Source: Octopus vulgaris | Lineage: Eukaryota | DNA: 64,000 bases | NCBI GenBank assembly: GCA_951406725.2 | Contig: OX597821.1 | Location: 26,908,001 to 26,972,000 of the forward strand | Direction: 5' to 3' | Part shown: positions 51,916-64,000 of the stretch, in pieces | Layout: each line of letters begins with the position of its first letter | Position numbering within the stretch: the first letter of the stretch is position 1 | The notes under the pieces: model-generated | Seen by the model: the letters and a program-made list of their open reading frames with translations, nothing else | Told to the model about the DNA's origin: nothing | The model's database searches: none | Translations under genes and position numbers: made by a program

Positions 51916-52137
51916 TTTAATTCTAGACAAAACCACTATTTTAAAACCAAACAAGGAAAGACTTAATCAATACATAAAATTTTAATATAAATTAAATAAA
52001 CCGCCACTACAAATGTTTCATGTCTGCTTCCGACAATCTTCAGGTGGATTTTCGATCTTCTAATCAGTATCAAAATTTGATACTGATTAGAAGATCGAAA
52101 ATCCACCTGAAGATTGTCGGTAGCAGACATGAAACAT
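51912..52137. mobile_element. Family-A-related terminus with a 125-bp palindrome (52013-52137) and paired HHRs
   Basis: Minus 52004-52047: ccac-CTGAAGA-ttgtc...gacat-GAAAC-attt-GTA-gtgg. The plus mirror 52103-52137 is truncated in helix III. Shares AGACAAAACCACTATT with family A. Confidence 0.8.
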
Positions 52138-52617
52138 ACTTTCTACCCCCATACTTTCGTGAGTTGAATTGAGCAAACACTATATGAGAGAGATTTTCTT
52201 TAAGTATTGGAAATAGTTTTAAAAAAGTTTTTTTAGCTGCTATTTCTAATGAGTTCAGTATGCGGCAAAGTAATTTATTTTACTAAGCCCTTTTATATAA
52301 TGTAATAATTTGAATTCGCCTTAAATGGTCCCTTTGCATACTGAATACTTGGTGAAATTGATTAATTAATTAATTTTACCCTCAATTGTTGAAATTATAA
52401 TTCATCTTTCTCTATTTAATGCCTCGGATTTTACCGAAAAAAAGCATGTTGTTTGTTGATTTTAACCCACGCTGGTGGAAGGGGGAGAGCAGAAATTCTT
52501 CGCTTGCATATTTGAATTTGCTAGCACTGTTAGTTGCGAGTAGAGCTTCGGAGGCGATGGGAAGCCGAATAGGTATGCTCCTGCTTTCAGTGTTTTCAAA
52601 TCCAAACCAGGGAGTTC

Positions 52618-52670
52618 TGAGCTGATGATAGAAGTGTCGAGTTTGACTAATCTTGAAACGTACGTTCTCA
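52618..52670 (+). ncRNA. Type-I hammerhead motif, tandem unit 1
   Basis: tgag-CTGATGA-taga..gtc-gagttt-gac..tctt-GAAAC-gtac-GTT-ctca; palindromic helix III AACGTACGTT. Confidence 0.8.
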
Positions 52671-53177
52671 AATAACCTTTGCATTTGATTTTTTAATGTT
52701 TCTACCCTCATACTTTCGTGAGTTGAATTGAACAAGCACTATATGAGAGAGATTTTCTTTAAGTATTGGAAATAGTTTTAAAAAAAGTTTTTTTAGCTGC
52801 TATTTCTAATGAGTTCAGTATGCGGCAAAGTAATTTATTTTACTAAGCCCTTTTATATAATGTAATAATTTGAATTCGCCTTAAATGGTCCCTTTGCATA
52901 CTGAATACTTGGTGAAATTGATTAATTAATTAATTTTACCCTCAATTGTTGAAATTATAATTCATCTTTCTCTATTTAATGCCTCGGATTTTACCGAAAA
53001 AAAGCATGTTGTTTGTTGATTTTAACCCACGCTGGTGGAAGGGGGAGAGCAGAAATTCTTCGCTTGCATATTTGAATTTGCTGGCACTGTTAGTTGCGAG
53101 TAGATCTTCGGAGGCGATGGGAAGCCGAATAGGTATGCTCCTGCTTTCAGTGTTTTCAAATCCAAACCAGGGAGTTC

Positions 53178-53230
53178 TGAGCTGATGATAGAAGTGTCGA
53201 GTTTGACTAATCTTGAAACGTATGTTCTCA
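53178..53230 (+). ncRNA. Type-I hammerhead motif, tandem unit 2
   Basis: Same as unit 1 except helix III loop gtat. Confidence 0.8.
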
Positions 53231-53510
53231 AATAACCTTTGCATTTGATTTTTTAATGTTTCTACCCTCATACTTTCGTGAGTTGAATTGAACAAGCACT
53301 ATATGAGAGAGATTTTCTTTAAGTATTGGAAATAGTTTTAAAAAAGTTTTTTTAGCTGCTATTTCTAATGAGTTCAGTATGCGGCAAAGTAATTTATTTT
53401 ACTAAGCCCTTTTATATAATGTAATAATTTGAATTCGCCTTAAATGGTCCCTTTGCATACTGAATACTTGGTGAAATTGATTAATTAATTAATTTTACCC
53501 TCAATTGTTG

Positions 53511-53559
<49 letters not shown>

Positions 53560-53564
<5 letters not shown>

Positions 53565-53806
53565 GTGTGTGTGTGTGTGTGTGTTTGTGTGTCTGTGTTT
53601 GTCCCCCTAGCATTGCTTGACAACCGATGCTGGTGTGTTCACGTCCCCATCACTTAGCGGTTCGGCAAAAGTGACCGATAGAATAAGCACTGGGCTTACA
53701 AAGAATAAGTCCCGGGGTCGATTTGCTCGACTAAAGGCGATGCCTCAGCATGGCCGCAGTCAAAATGACTGAAACAAGTAAAAGAGTAAAAAGAGAGTAA
53801 AAGAGT
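53560..53806 (+). mobile_element. SINE family 1, 3' half
   Basis: GTCCCCCTAGCATTGCTTGACAACCGATGCTGG...GTAAAAGAG tail. Confidence 0.85.
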
Positions 53807-53850
53807 ATACCGAGATATTTAGAAAACACACTCACGTATACACATGCAGA

Positions 53851-54384
53851 CACGTCAGCGCCGGCATTTAGCGCCGAAAATTCAGCGCAAGAGAATTCAG
53901 TGCATAGACAATTCAGCGTATAGACCTTTCAGCGCATTTAGTATATGTAATTTATTTTTACATTATATTGGTGTTGGTTGTATATCTAAAACACATGCAC
54001 ATGCAGCCTACACAGAAGCCGTAGGATATATTAGATATACATAAATAAAATGCATGCATATACATGAAACAAACACCAGAAAAAATATATAAGATATTTA
54101 AATAAATATACATGATACACAGGCCTATACGAACAGATAACTACACTTTTTGAATCTCTTATAAAAATTTAACTAGCTAACTACTGCTTCAAAGGATATA
54201 ATTTAGCATTTTATATCTGTTTTGTATTTTTTATCCTTACATATAATTGAAATTTTTCCTGTTTTATTTTTTATTCATCCCCAAATTAAGCTTTACCGAA
54301 TTTCAATAAGATGGCATGAGCTGAATTGTCTATGCGCTGAATTATTTAGCGCTGAATTGTCAAGTGCTGAACTGTCGCCCCACG
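53851..54384. mobile_element. Foldback element with inverted arrays of ~15-bp subrepeats
   Basis: TTCAGCGCA...-type repeats at 53855-53940; reverse-complement GCGCTGAA repeats at 54320-54372. Confidence 0.7.
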
Positions 54385-54404
54385 AAATAACACACACACA
54401 CAAA

Positions 54405-54450
<46 letters not shown>

Positions 54451-54453
<3 letters not shown>

Positions 54454-54704
54454 AATGAAAGAATGGAGTCGAACGACGATTTAACAAAATTCCTTTATTC
54501 TCGAGAATAAAGGAATTTTGTTAAATCGTCGTTCGACTCCATTCTTTCATTTATCTATGGCAAAAAAACACACAAATTTCCACACGAAAGCACGTGATTT
54601 CTGCCCTTGGCATGTAGCTTCAACCGTGCTTTCTGACGTAAATTTGCTACCCGGGTATCGGTTAACCGAATTATCCATACTAGGATAATTCATTCAACTA
54701 CTTA

Positions 54705-54708
<4 letters not shown>
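54451..54708 (+). mobile_element. Perfect loopless 104-bp palindrome (54451-54554) with 3' tail, in (TA)n
   Basis: Centre CTC|GAG at 54502/54503; the tail contains a GAAAGCACG/CGTGCTTTC stem. Confidence 0.85.
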
Positions 54709-54767
<59 letters not shown>

Positions 54768-55042
54768 GCAGATGGAAACTGAAAGAAGCCCGTCGTATAT
54801 ATGTATATATATATACGTGTATGTTTATGTGTTGTGTTTGCCCCCCCCCATCTCTTGACAACCGATGCTGGTGTGTTTACGTCCCCGTAACTTAGCTTAG
54901 CAGCTCGGCAAAAGAGACCGATAGAATAAGTACTAGGCTTACAAAGAATAAGTCCTGGGTTCGATTTCCTCGACTAAAAGGCGGTGCTCCAGCATGGCCA
55001 CAGTCAAATGACTGAAACAAATAAATGAGTAAATGAGTAAAT
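54768..55042 (+). mobile_element. SINE family 1, 3' two-thirds
   Basis: GGAAACTGAAAGAAGCCCGTCG...GGCGGTGCTCCAGCATGGCC. Confidence 0.85.
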
Positions 55043-55045
55043 GAT

Positions 55046-55127
<82 letters not shown>

Positions 55128-55509
55128 TACATTTATCGGTATTATACTACGGAAACCAACAGGAAAAAGTATCGCAAGATTATGTTGCCCATGGTTTTCA
55201 GAATGTCAGGAAACGCGAAATTATAACGCTGGTAAAGTGTCTTAGAAATTCAGTGGATCATTGAGAACGTTATAGCAATTTATCGTTGTAATAATCCCTA
55301 GCAACAGTGACACTTCCAGAATCTGTTTTAAACGGAGGTATGGAGACTGAGACATAAGATCAGTTCATATGGCATTTGAGTACTGCATCGTATCAATGAG
55401 ACAACATCTACTGAACAGTTAAGAGAATATAATTTATATTGATGTTCCATAATAGTAAAATTAGTGTCGATCTAAAATGCTTTTGAATGTCGTATCATAT
55501 CAATTTGGC

Positions 55510-56710
55510 AACATCTTTTAACCACCAAATGTCGAAGCCTATCCCTTAACCAAGTTTGCATACATGAGGCTGATAACATCATAAGACTTCGAAGGCAGCT
55601 CCTTGAGCAACATTCTTAATCTGATAACCTAGGATACATGCCCATAGAAGTCGTACGACTCTACCGTAACGAATCATCAGATGAAAGGATGACCCTATAT
55701 GAGCAGAAGACTATGTGTGGATTTGTTAGTAGAAAGCTCCGAGATGATAGTAACATTGCTCATCAAAGCAGTATAAAATGTACCAATAACCGGATTACTC
55801 CCTCCCACTTTGAAGGGTATGCATTTGCAATCCAAGAACAGGAAATATCAACCAAGTACCTGATGCACCAAAGGGATAGATATGTAGGAAAAATCAATTA
55901 AATGTGATAACCGACGCAGACTTTGTGGAGGTAACACCGAAGATATCATCCACATCATAAGCAGTTGTCCGAAAATGTCATCACGGTATTATCTACCGAC
56001 GAAACATAATGTTGGAACTAGAACACTCTCTAATGAAATCCGCCAGAAGGACAAATAAACAAGAGCCCACAGTATAGTAGAAGCTATAGCCACTCATAAT
56101 AAGAAGGAGTACTGGTGGAATGTACCACTGAGGACCCCAATAAAATGTTAGCACAACAAGCCTGAGATAAGGATTTGGGGTACGGAAGAGAAACTGTGTA
56201 TAGTTATGGAAATTAGCTGCTCAGTGGATGTTAACAAAGCTGAAGATCAACGAAAAATGGAATACCTATGCTGAACTATTAAGAAATCTGCAATTACTAT
56301 ATCCAGATTGCAAGTTGAGGTTTATACCTGTAATTATTAGGTTATTAGGTTTCTGGGATATGTAACTCACTGCCTAAATACCAGTCTTGAGAAATTAGGC
56401 TTCTCACAACCAGAAAGGAGAAAGCTAATTCAAAGACAACAGATCCAATTCATCACTGGAACTGTAGACATCCGTAAAAGTTTCCATACATAAAACAAAA
56501 CGCACAAATCGGCAGGTATACATGCATACAAACAAAAATGCACTGTTGTTGATGTTGAAATTCCAATGAAGGAGCCCTGGATCTAGGTTAGAAACTGGTT
56601 CTTTCTCTATTGGCAAGAAATCTTGAAATAAAACTGAACAGTCACATACATACATACATACATACATACATACATACATACATACATACATACATACATA
56701 CATACATACA
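55510..56710 (+). pseudogene. R4/Dong-clade 3' region (zinc knuckle + RLE), decayed, ending in (TACA)n
   Basis: FEGYAFAIQEQEISTKY; RLCGGNTEDIIHIISSCPKM; HNKPE...IVMEISC; FIPVII; LEKLGF. Confidence 0.8.
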
Positions 56711-57975
56711 TAAGTGAAGGTAAACATCGGGTATATATACGAATCTTCTTTACAACGACAAAACGGTTTAGAAACATCTGCACACATATGTATATGTTCG
56801 AAGAAAAAATGTGTATATTCCGAGCTTAACTGAAGTTAAAATCTAAACTAAAACATGAGCATAAATATCCAAAATTTCTATAAGCGTAAATATTTTTCTA
56901 CAATGTTTGCCACCTCAATGTAACTGAAATAGAAACACAGAATCCTTTAGTTACTAACTATGCCACTTTGGAAATTTTTTTTAAGTTGACTGAAATCGCA
57001 TTCGCGAATTCTAAATGAAGCGAAAATATCGCTTAAGGATTTGAACCTGTCTGTCAGAATAGGCTCGCTGAGTGTTTTCTATCATTGTGAAGTATTGCTA
57101 CACAGGGACACACACATACGCACAGATAAATGCACAATCACACACAAATACTTGCACATATATATCAGTCTCCTAATTTAAACTGTGATTGGAGTCAATA
57201 ACTAAAAAGTTCTCGTTTGAAATGTTCTTTTTCCTCTCTCTATATTTTATTAGATTTCATTTCAATAATCAATATCCTGGATTGAATAGTGGTTGAAAAA
57301 AGTTCCGATTGATTAATTAGTCTTTTGTAATAATAATTTTCATAATGGCTTGTCTCTTTAATTAGGTTTTTCGATAACTTTTTTACTAATTATCAATAAA
57401 ATACAAACCAAAAAAAAAAAAAAACACCATCCAGTAAATTTTCAAAAGGAGATTCAGAACTAATAAAAAATAGCATATGTTTTAATGAAATATCTCATAC
57501 TTCGTATTTTAAGACAGAAGAGGGAGTCAATATGTCTGCCACTGAACAATACTAAACTAAATAATTTACCGTATTTAGTTTTCGACACTTAACGTCTTGT
57601 ATTTAATTCCACTGGGTAATATTTTGACTTTTATGTTCCAGCATATGAGAGACCATTCAATGAAGTGGAGTTTTCTCTTGCAAATTTATGGCTTTGTTTT
57701 AAAATAAGAATTCAATATTTATATGTATTTGCGACAAATTTCATTTTGAAGTTTTAGACACGTATAGCTAAACTAACGACTGGTTTCTGCAATATCGAGA
57801 AGACTGTCCAATGTATAGGAATATGAACCAAAAAAATTTTAAACATTCTTGAAATACAGAACCCTTCCATCTCTAACAAAGTCTTGTGGCAGTTTGCTTT
57901 TCTAGTTGAATTAATTCCATGGCGCATATATTATTCTTTTATTTCAGGATAATCACATACTAACACACACACGCA

Positions 57976-58052
<77 letters not shown>

Positions 58053-58399
58053 GGAGGGATTCCAAAGTTCACTGGGCATGAACTCGCAACCAAGTAATTG
58101 CCAAGCGAAATTCTTCAACGCACAGCATATGTGTTCGTGTGCATGTGTCTCCGATCTTACTATGCTACAAGCATTGCCTCATGGACGAATGGGTTTTTAA
58201 AATCCCATAAGTTATTGCCTTATTTTTATCAATAACATCTGTTAATTTTCACAGACACTTATGCGGCTAAAACGAAAACTCGATTAGGAAGGCTATATGA
58301 AAAATATATAAAACTGAAAAATGTCAACACCTTCCACCTTCCCTTCTCTCTTTCTCTCTCTATCTGCTTATGTATATACATAAATGCATGCATACATAC

Positions 58400-58493
<94 letters not shown>

Positions 58494-59164
58494 GTATTGT
58501 TACACATATACTCAACTGCCTTTCAATTATAAGTAATAGTACATTCATACATACAGATATCGCAGCACTCACACGCACGCACAAAAATATATGCACGCGA
58601 TTATAAATGGATACACTGTTGCACACACTCTTGCACACACTTGTATATGAACATGCATATTTACAGTTACACACACATACGTATATATCTATTTACATAC
58701 AATCATCTATATCATATATACGTAAGTATTCATGTATGCCTACGCATATGTGTGCATTTATGCGTATATAGATATACCTATACTACCCATATCCTTGATA
58801 ATTTACGTATGTGTGCGTATGCACACATTCACATAAATACAAGAGAAAGGAAGTACATTTAGACATAAATTATAAACGCTATGTTGCTTATAATTTTATC
58901 TATACTTTATAAATGAATATTTTATACTTTTTATTAACTATAAATATACTTCATATTTATCTTTCCTCCAATTATCTCTATATTTACTTGATATATTATT
59001 TTTGTTTTATTTACTTTACTTTATCCCTAATCATATTCTGATCAATCTGTAAACCCTTCATCCGAGCATATACTAATACAAATCCAAATCCTTAACCATA
59101 ATGTATAATCTGCTGAAATGAATTGATAGGTTCACATATAACATCTCAAGGTACATCTTTTTTC

Positions 59165-59258
59165 TCTCTGATGAAATTATGCTCATCTCACATAAATGCA
59201 AATTTAATGTACAAATTTGTATTTAAATTATTGAGTATTAATTGAAACGGATGTAAGA
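59165..59258 (+). ncRNA. Type-I hammerhead motif with extended helix II
   Basis: tct-CTGATGA-aattatgctca...tgagtattaatt-GAAAC-ggat-GTA-aga. Confidence 0.75.
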
Positions 59259-59465
59259 ATCGAAGATGACCAATTTGTTATTAATAAATAATTCTTAAGT
59301 CCCTATTTCACCATTTGCGTTTCTTCTTTGAGTTGGATATAAACTGTGTGCTTAATATATACCTATTGTTTTATGGGAATTTCATTCCCCAACAATACAG
59401 GTATTAAACTAATATTTCCTTGGCTGCAATCATCCCTTCTCGAGGTTAACATATCCTCCAATTAA

Positions 59466-59530
<65 letters not shown>

Positions 59531-59539
59531 TACACACGT

Positions 59540-59751
59540 TACGGAATGTTGTATGGGAAATTCGGGTTACATATGTTTCATTGCGAGTGGAACCTCAGAA
59601 GTGTTAAAACATAAGTGAGGTGTATAACGCCCAATATACCCTTAGCCTGAAGAGTATTCGGCGTTATGCACCTGACATCGATTTTACCACTCCTGAAGAT
59701 CCACTCGCAATGAAATATATGTAACCCGGATTTCACATACTCTATTCCGTT
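59540..59751. mobile_element. Imperfect ~210-bp palindrome with HHR 3' halves, adjacent to (TA)n
   Basis: CGGGTTACATATGTTTCATTGCGAGTGGA vs TCCACTCGCAATGAAATATATGTAACCCG. Confidence 0.75.
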
Positions 59752-60022
59752 ATCCTTGTATTCTTAGTCGAACACTCGGCAACTTTTTACAGCTCATCGT
59801 TCTTAGATAAAATAGAAAAAAATCAGCAACCTTCTGTCTCATTAAATCACTATTGTTCCTGAAAGTTTTTTTTTAAAGATTCACTACGGATTGCTCGAAG
59901 TTAACTTTCTTCCTTCACCTCAATCCCTAGATCTTACACACACACACAAACGCACACACACATATATATCTGTCTATGTGTATTTATACATATCCATCAC
60001 ACTCTCTCTCTCTCTCTCTCTC

Positions 60023-60135
<113 letters not shown>

Positions 60136-60189
60136 GCATGTATGTATATATATATGTGTGTGTATATATATATAGATATATGAGGGTGT

Positions 60190-60362
60190 GTGTCTGTGTG
60201 TAGACTTTCGTCTGTGTTTGTCATCAACCACAAATTAACAACCGGTGTCTTTGTGTTTACGTCCCTGTAACTTAGTGGCTTGGAAAAAAGAAACTGATAA
60301 GAATTTTCAAGGAGGTGGCGCCAGAATTGTCGCAGTCTAATGACTTGAATATGTAAAAGATA
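60190..60362 (+). mobile_element. Degraded SINE family 1, 3' part
   Basis: CAACCGGTG...GTTTACGTCCC.GTAACTTAG...GCAGTCTAATGACT. Confidence 0.65.
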
Positions 60363-60928
60363 TATTTATAAAAGATTAAATATATCCTCCCTTCGTTTCG
60401 TAAATGTCTTTTTTGTTTTCACTGCTGTCATATCTCTGTATGACGCATGTAGAATAATGATGCTGGCTTTTATTTATTTAGCTTTGTTTTGTTGTTGCTA
60501 ATGACAGAATACACAGGTGTGTGTGTGAGATGGTTGATTTAAATTTTTTTAAAAATCTATTTCATATAAGGGGTGTCTCTACTCCGTTTTTGTGTTGGTA
60601 AATTTAGCCTCCTATATTTGTTTATCCTCTGTAAATCTGTTTGTAAATTTAGGTCCTTCGGATATGTTGTAAGAAGCTTTCCTGCATTTACTCGAACCGT
60701 TAGGGATAACAGCATCCAAATACCCTTTAATCATTCTCCACCGTCTTAAAGAACATTGTAGCTATAGAAACGAGAAAAGAAAAATCAGTATCGTCAAAGC
60801 TGGAATACACAAAGCTGATCTGGTACTCAACAATAACAGCACCGTGCCCAGTAATACTAACCACCACCACCACCAACAACACCACCACCACCACCACCGC
60901 CGCCGCCGCCGCCACCACCACCACCACC

Positions 60929-60960
<32 letters not shown>

Positions 60961-61212
60961 CATTGTCAACATCAAAACTACCACAGAAAGGAACAATATA
61001 CTATCTAAATATTGTTACCTCAGACTTAACGACAGGATTCGGTCAAAATCATAACTTGTAAATTTTCTCTGTTGTTTTATTTAGACTATCGCAATTTCTG
61101 ATCTAGCAGACCTGCTGCCAAAATATATACGTAATTAATTAAGCTGAATACTTATCTGTATATTCATCCATCGTCTAGTCAGACTTCTATACGCCTGTGT
61201 CTCAATGTTGGC

Positions 61213-61561
<349 letters not shown>

Positions 61562-61844
61562 ACTCTTCATTTTTCTCTTCTTCAATTCTTGTCACAATTT
61601 ACATGTTAAGAACTGTTCTGAGAAAAATGTTTCAATACATATTTAGAGACATAGCCACTTAACGCCAAAATATCGAATTTTGGTACATTCTCTCTGAATG
61701 TTGTTTTATAACATCTAGTTAATGTTTCCGAGTCAAGCCCACTTACCATCAAGATATACACTGTAACACGAAACAGCCTATCTAATATTGCTTCATTTTC
61801 AACACACTTTGAGACTATTATTTAATTTATTGCATAAGGAACCT

Positions 61845-61984
61845 CTGAGAAAAAGAATATATATATATATATAAATATATATTGCATAAGGAACCTCTTA
61901 CAGCAATTATTTCATTTTGACTATACATCTCGTTGATACACACACACACGGTGACACACACACACCTGTATATGTATGTATGTA

Positions 61985-62035
<51 letters not shown>

Positions 62036-62175
62036 TACATACATACATATACAGGTGTGTGTGTGTCACCGTGTGTGTGTGTATCAACGAGATGTATAGT
62101 CAAAATGAAATAATTGCTGTAAGAGGTTCCTTATGCAATATATATTTATATATATATATATATTCTTTTTCTCAG
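61845..62175. repeat. 331-bp near-perfect palindrome centred on (TA)n
   Basis: CTGAGAAAAAGAA...TTCTTTTTCTCAG; mirrored ORFs on both strands. Confidence 0.9.
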
Positions 62176-62285
62176 TTGGTGTCCATTAAACCTTTCATAA
62201 TTTCTGTAGTAATTTTAAATGTATCATTCATGAAAATAAATAAACGCAAAGAAATATAGAAGAGAAAAGAAATTAGAGAATAATG

Positions 62286-62587
62286 TTTTATAAACTCATG
62301 AATAACTATGTAATTATATTAATGTGTATTTAAATTTTCTCTGGCTTCCGCGTAATAAATGCTCGTTTGGTAAATGTAGTCGATATTTTAATATGTTCTA
62401 CTAAAAATAGTATAAGTTTTTTGAAAAACAGAAATAACTGTAAAATATCAACTGTAAATTTTTCTTTATAAATCCATGAATAACCATGTAATTATATTAA
62501 TGCGTATTTAAATTTCATTCTGATTCTCGGAAATAAATGCATGTTTAGTAAGAGCTGTCTGTGGTTTTTAACTAAAAATAGTTTAAG
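62286..62587 (+). repeat. Diverged direct duplication (~120 bp, ~180-bp spacing)
   Basis: CATGAATAAC.ATGTAATTATATTAATG.GTATTTAAATTT...ACTAAAAATAGT occurs twice. Confidence 0.7.
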
Positions 62588-63263
62588 GTTATTCACATGG
62601 AAAATACTTTCAAAACAACCGTAACAAATACACATATTAGGATGGGAAGTCAAAGTTGAGTTGGTCACAAGGCCACCACTAAATGAATAGTCATCTAGCT
62701 TTGTAGCATGAGTAAGTTAGCTTGTTGCCGCCAAACTTCTATGCAGCTATACTAGCAAAGGTAAATGAACTTAGCACATACAAAAGTAAATTGATTGATA
62801 ATAAGCACGGTATTTGAATGATCAAGAATTATACAGATATAACGATAGAACACTTGTAAACATAATGAACACCCGTATTTAATTACTGCATCTACTTGGA
62901 CAAGGAAGTGTTGTTCAGCTCTGTACTGCATTGTCTCGAGTACCTGAGTGTCTGGTATTTCAATGCATTGGTTTTCAAATTGGGAACACTTACCAAATTA
63001 ATAATTGTACATGAAACGGCCAGGGATATTTTTTTCTTAGTTCATAACAGACAAAATTCATCACTAAGGTAAAAGAGAAGCATAGAGAGGGGAGAGGGGA
63101 GAAAGAGAGAGAAAGAAAGGGAGAGAAAAAGAAAGAGAAGTAAGAAAGAGTGCTAACCACGAATTCCATTTCATTCTCTGAATCTTTCTATTTTAAAATT
63201 TCATTTGTATATTGTTCAATAGTAAAAGAAGAGAAGAATAAAAGAATATCTGAAATAGAATAA

Positions 63264-63471
63264 GGCGGCGAACTGGCAGAACCTTTATCACGCCGGGCGA
63301 AATGCTTAGCGGTATTTCGTCTGCCGCTACGTTCTGAGTTCAACTTCTGCCGAGGTCGACTTTGCCTTTCATTCTTTCGGGGCTGATAAATTAAGTGCCA
63401 GTTGCATAGTGGTGTCGATCTAATCGACTGGCCCCCTCCCCCAAAATTTCGGGCCTTGTGCTTAGAGTAGA
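63264..63471 (+). mobile_element. SINE family 2 with probable ~21-bp target-site duplication
   Basis: Matches the 21272 copy; flanks AAAGAATATCTGAAATAGAAT (63241) and AAAGAATATCTGTAACAGAAT (63472). Confidence 0.85.
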
Positions 63472-64000
63472 AAAGAATATCTGTAACAGAATGCTTGAAG
63501 TAGAACACTCGTATAATGGATTGATTGCTCTTGGATTCACATCTAAAAGATATTTTTATTCCACTGAGTGATGAATATACTGCAATATTGATCCAGAAAG
63601 TTAAACCCTTTGTACGTTGATTGGAGCGTATGGTGTGTCTGAGTCGGATAGTATCTTGACGAGGGAACATGTTGTTCTCTTCGGTGTATTTCGTCCGCTT
63701 TGGTACTCTGAAAACACCAGGCTCACACTTATGACTTCTCGAAGCTTTGTGTATGCAATGGCAGCCACACCTCGGAAAATGACTTTCATAAGGCAGCTAA
63801 ACCACCTTGAGGCTAGCTGACAATTCTCATTCCATCAGTGAACTAGGGCTTGTTTATCTGTCCATGTAAAGACGGGACCCGGCGAACTGTGCGGGGTAAA
63901 CCACGAGATGATTAGTATAACGGGCAAGAGTGCGGATTAGCAATCGTTGTGGAGTGCGAACAAGGCATGATGATACACGAAGGACATGATGCAGCATTTC

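Larger units (their letters stand above)
52140..53514 (+). repeat. ~560-bp head-to-tail tandem array (~2.45 units), one HHR per full unit
   Basis: ORF pairs offset by exactly 560 (52412/52972, 52419/52979). TTTCTACCC recurs at 52140, 52699 and 53259. The array ends in (AT)n. Confidence 0.95.

Noticed and set aside
52412-53295. Repeated 107-aa, 68-aa and 69-aa ORFs in the tandem array
   Set aside because: They lack recognisable motifs, are conserved only because the DNA is duplicated, and overlap structured RNA elements.
53855-53940. CRISPR-like array
   Set aside because: 15-bp period with no unique spacers, eukaryotic context and no cas genes.

Overview
AT-rich, microsatellite-saturated eukaryotic intergenic or intronic DNA. 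The repeat landscape resembles an octopus/cephalopod genome (inference, not verified). No host protein-coding exon could be supported, and most ORF-track entries are translations of simple repeats. Transposon content: a young, frameshifted CR1-clade LINE (12.9-16.1 kb); decayed RTE, R4/Dong and L1/Tx1 fragments; two Tc1/mariner relics; two abundant tRNA-derived SINE families; foldback elements; and several Penelope-like element (PLE) RT and GIY-YIG fragments. The main signal invisible to the ORF track is non-coding. More than a dozen minimal type-I hammerhead ribozyme (HHR) motifs lie in small (TA)n-embedded palindromes, PLE 3' ends and a 560-bp head-to-tail array resembling an animal retrozyme/circRNA locus. 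One HHR has a compensatory A3-U8 core instead of C3-G8. Several divergent families also share a 3'-terminal motif. All motifs were read by eye; no folding or homology search was run, and coordinates of decayed elements are approximate.
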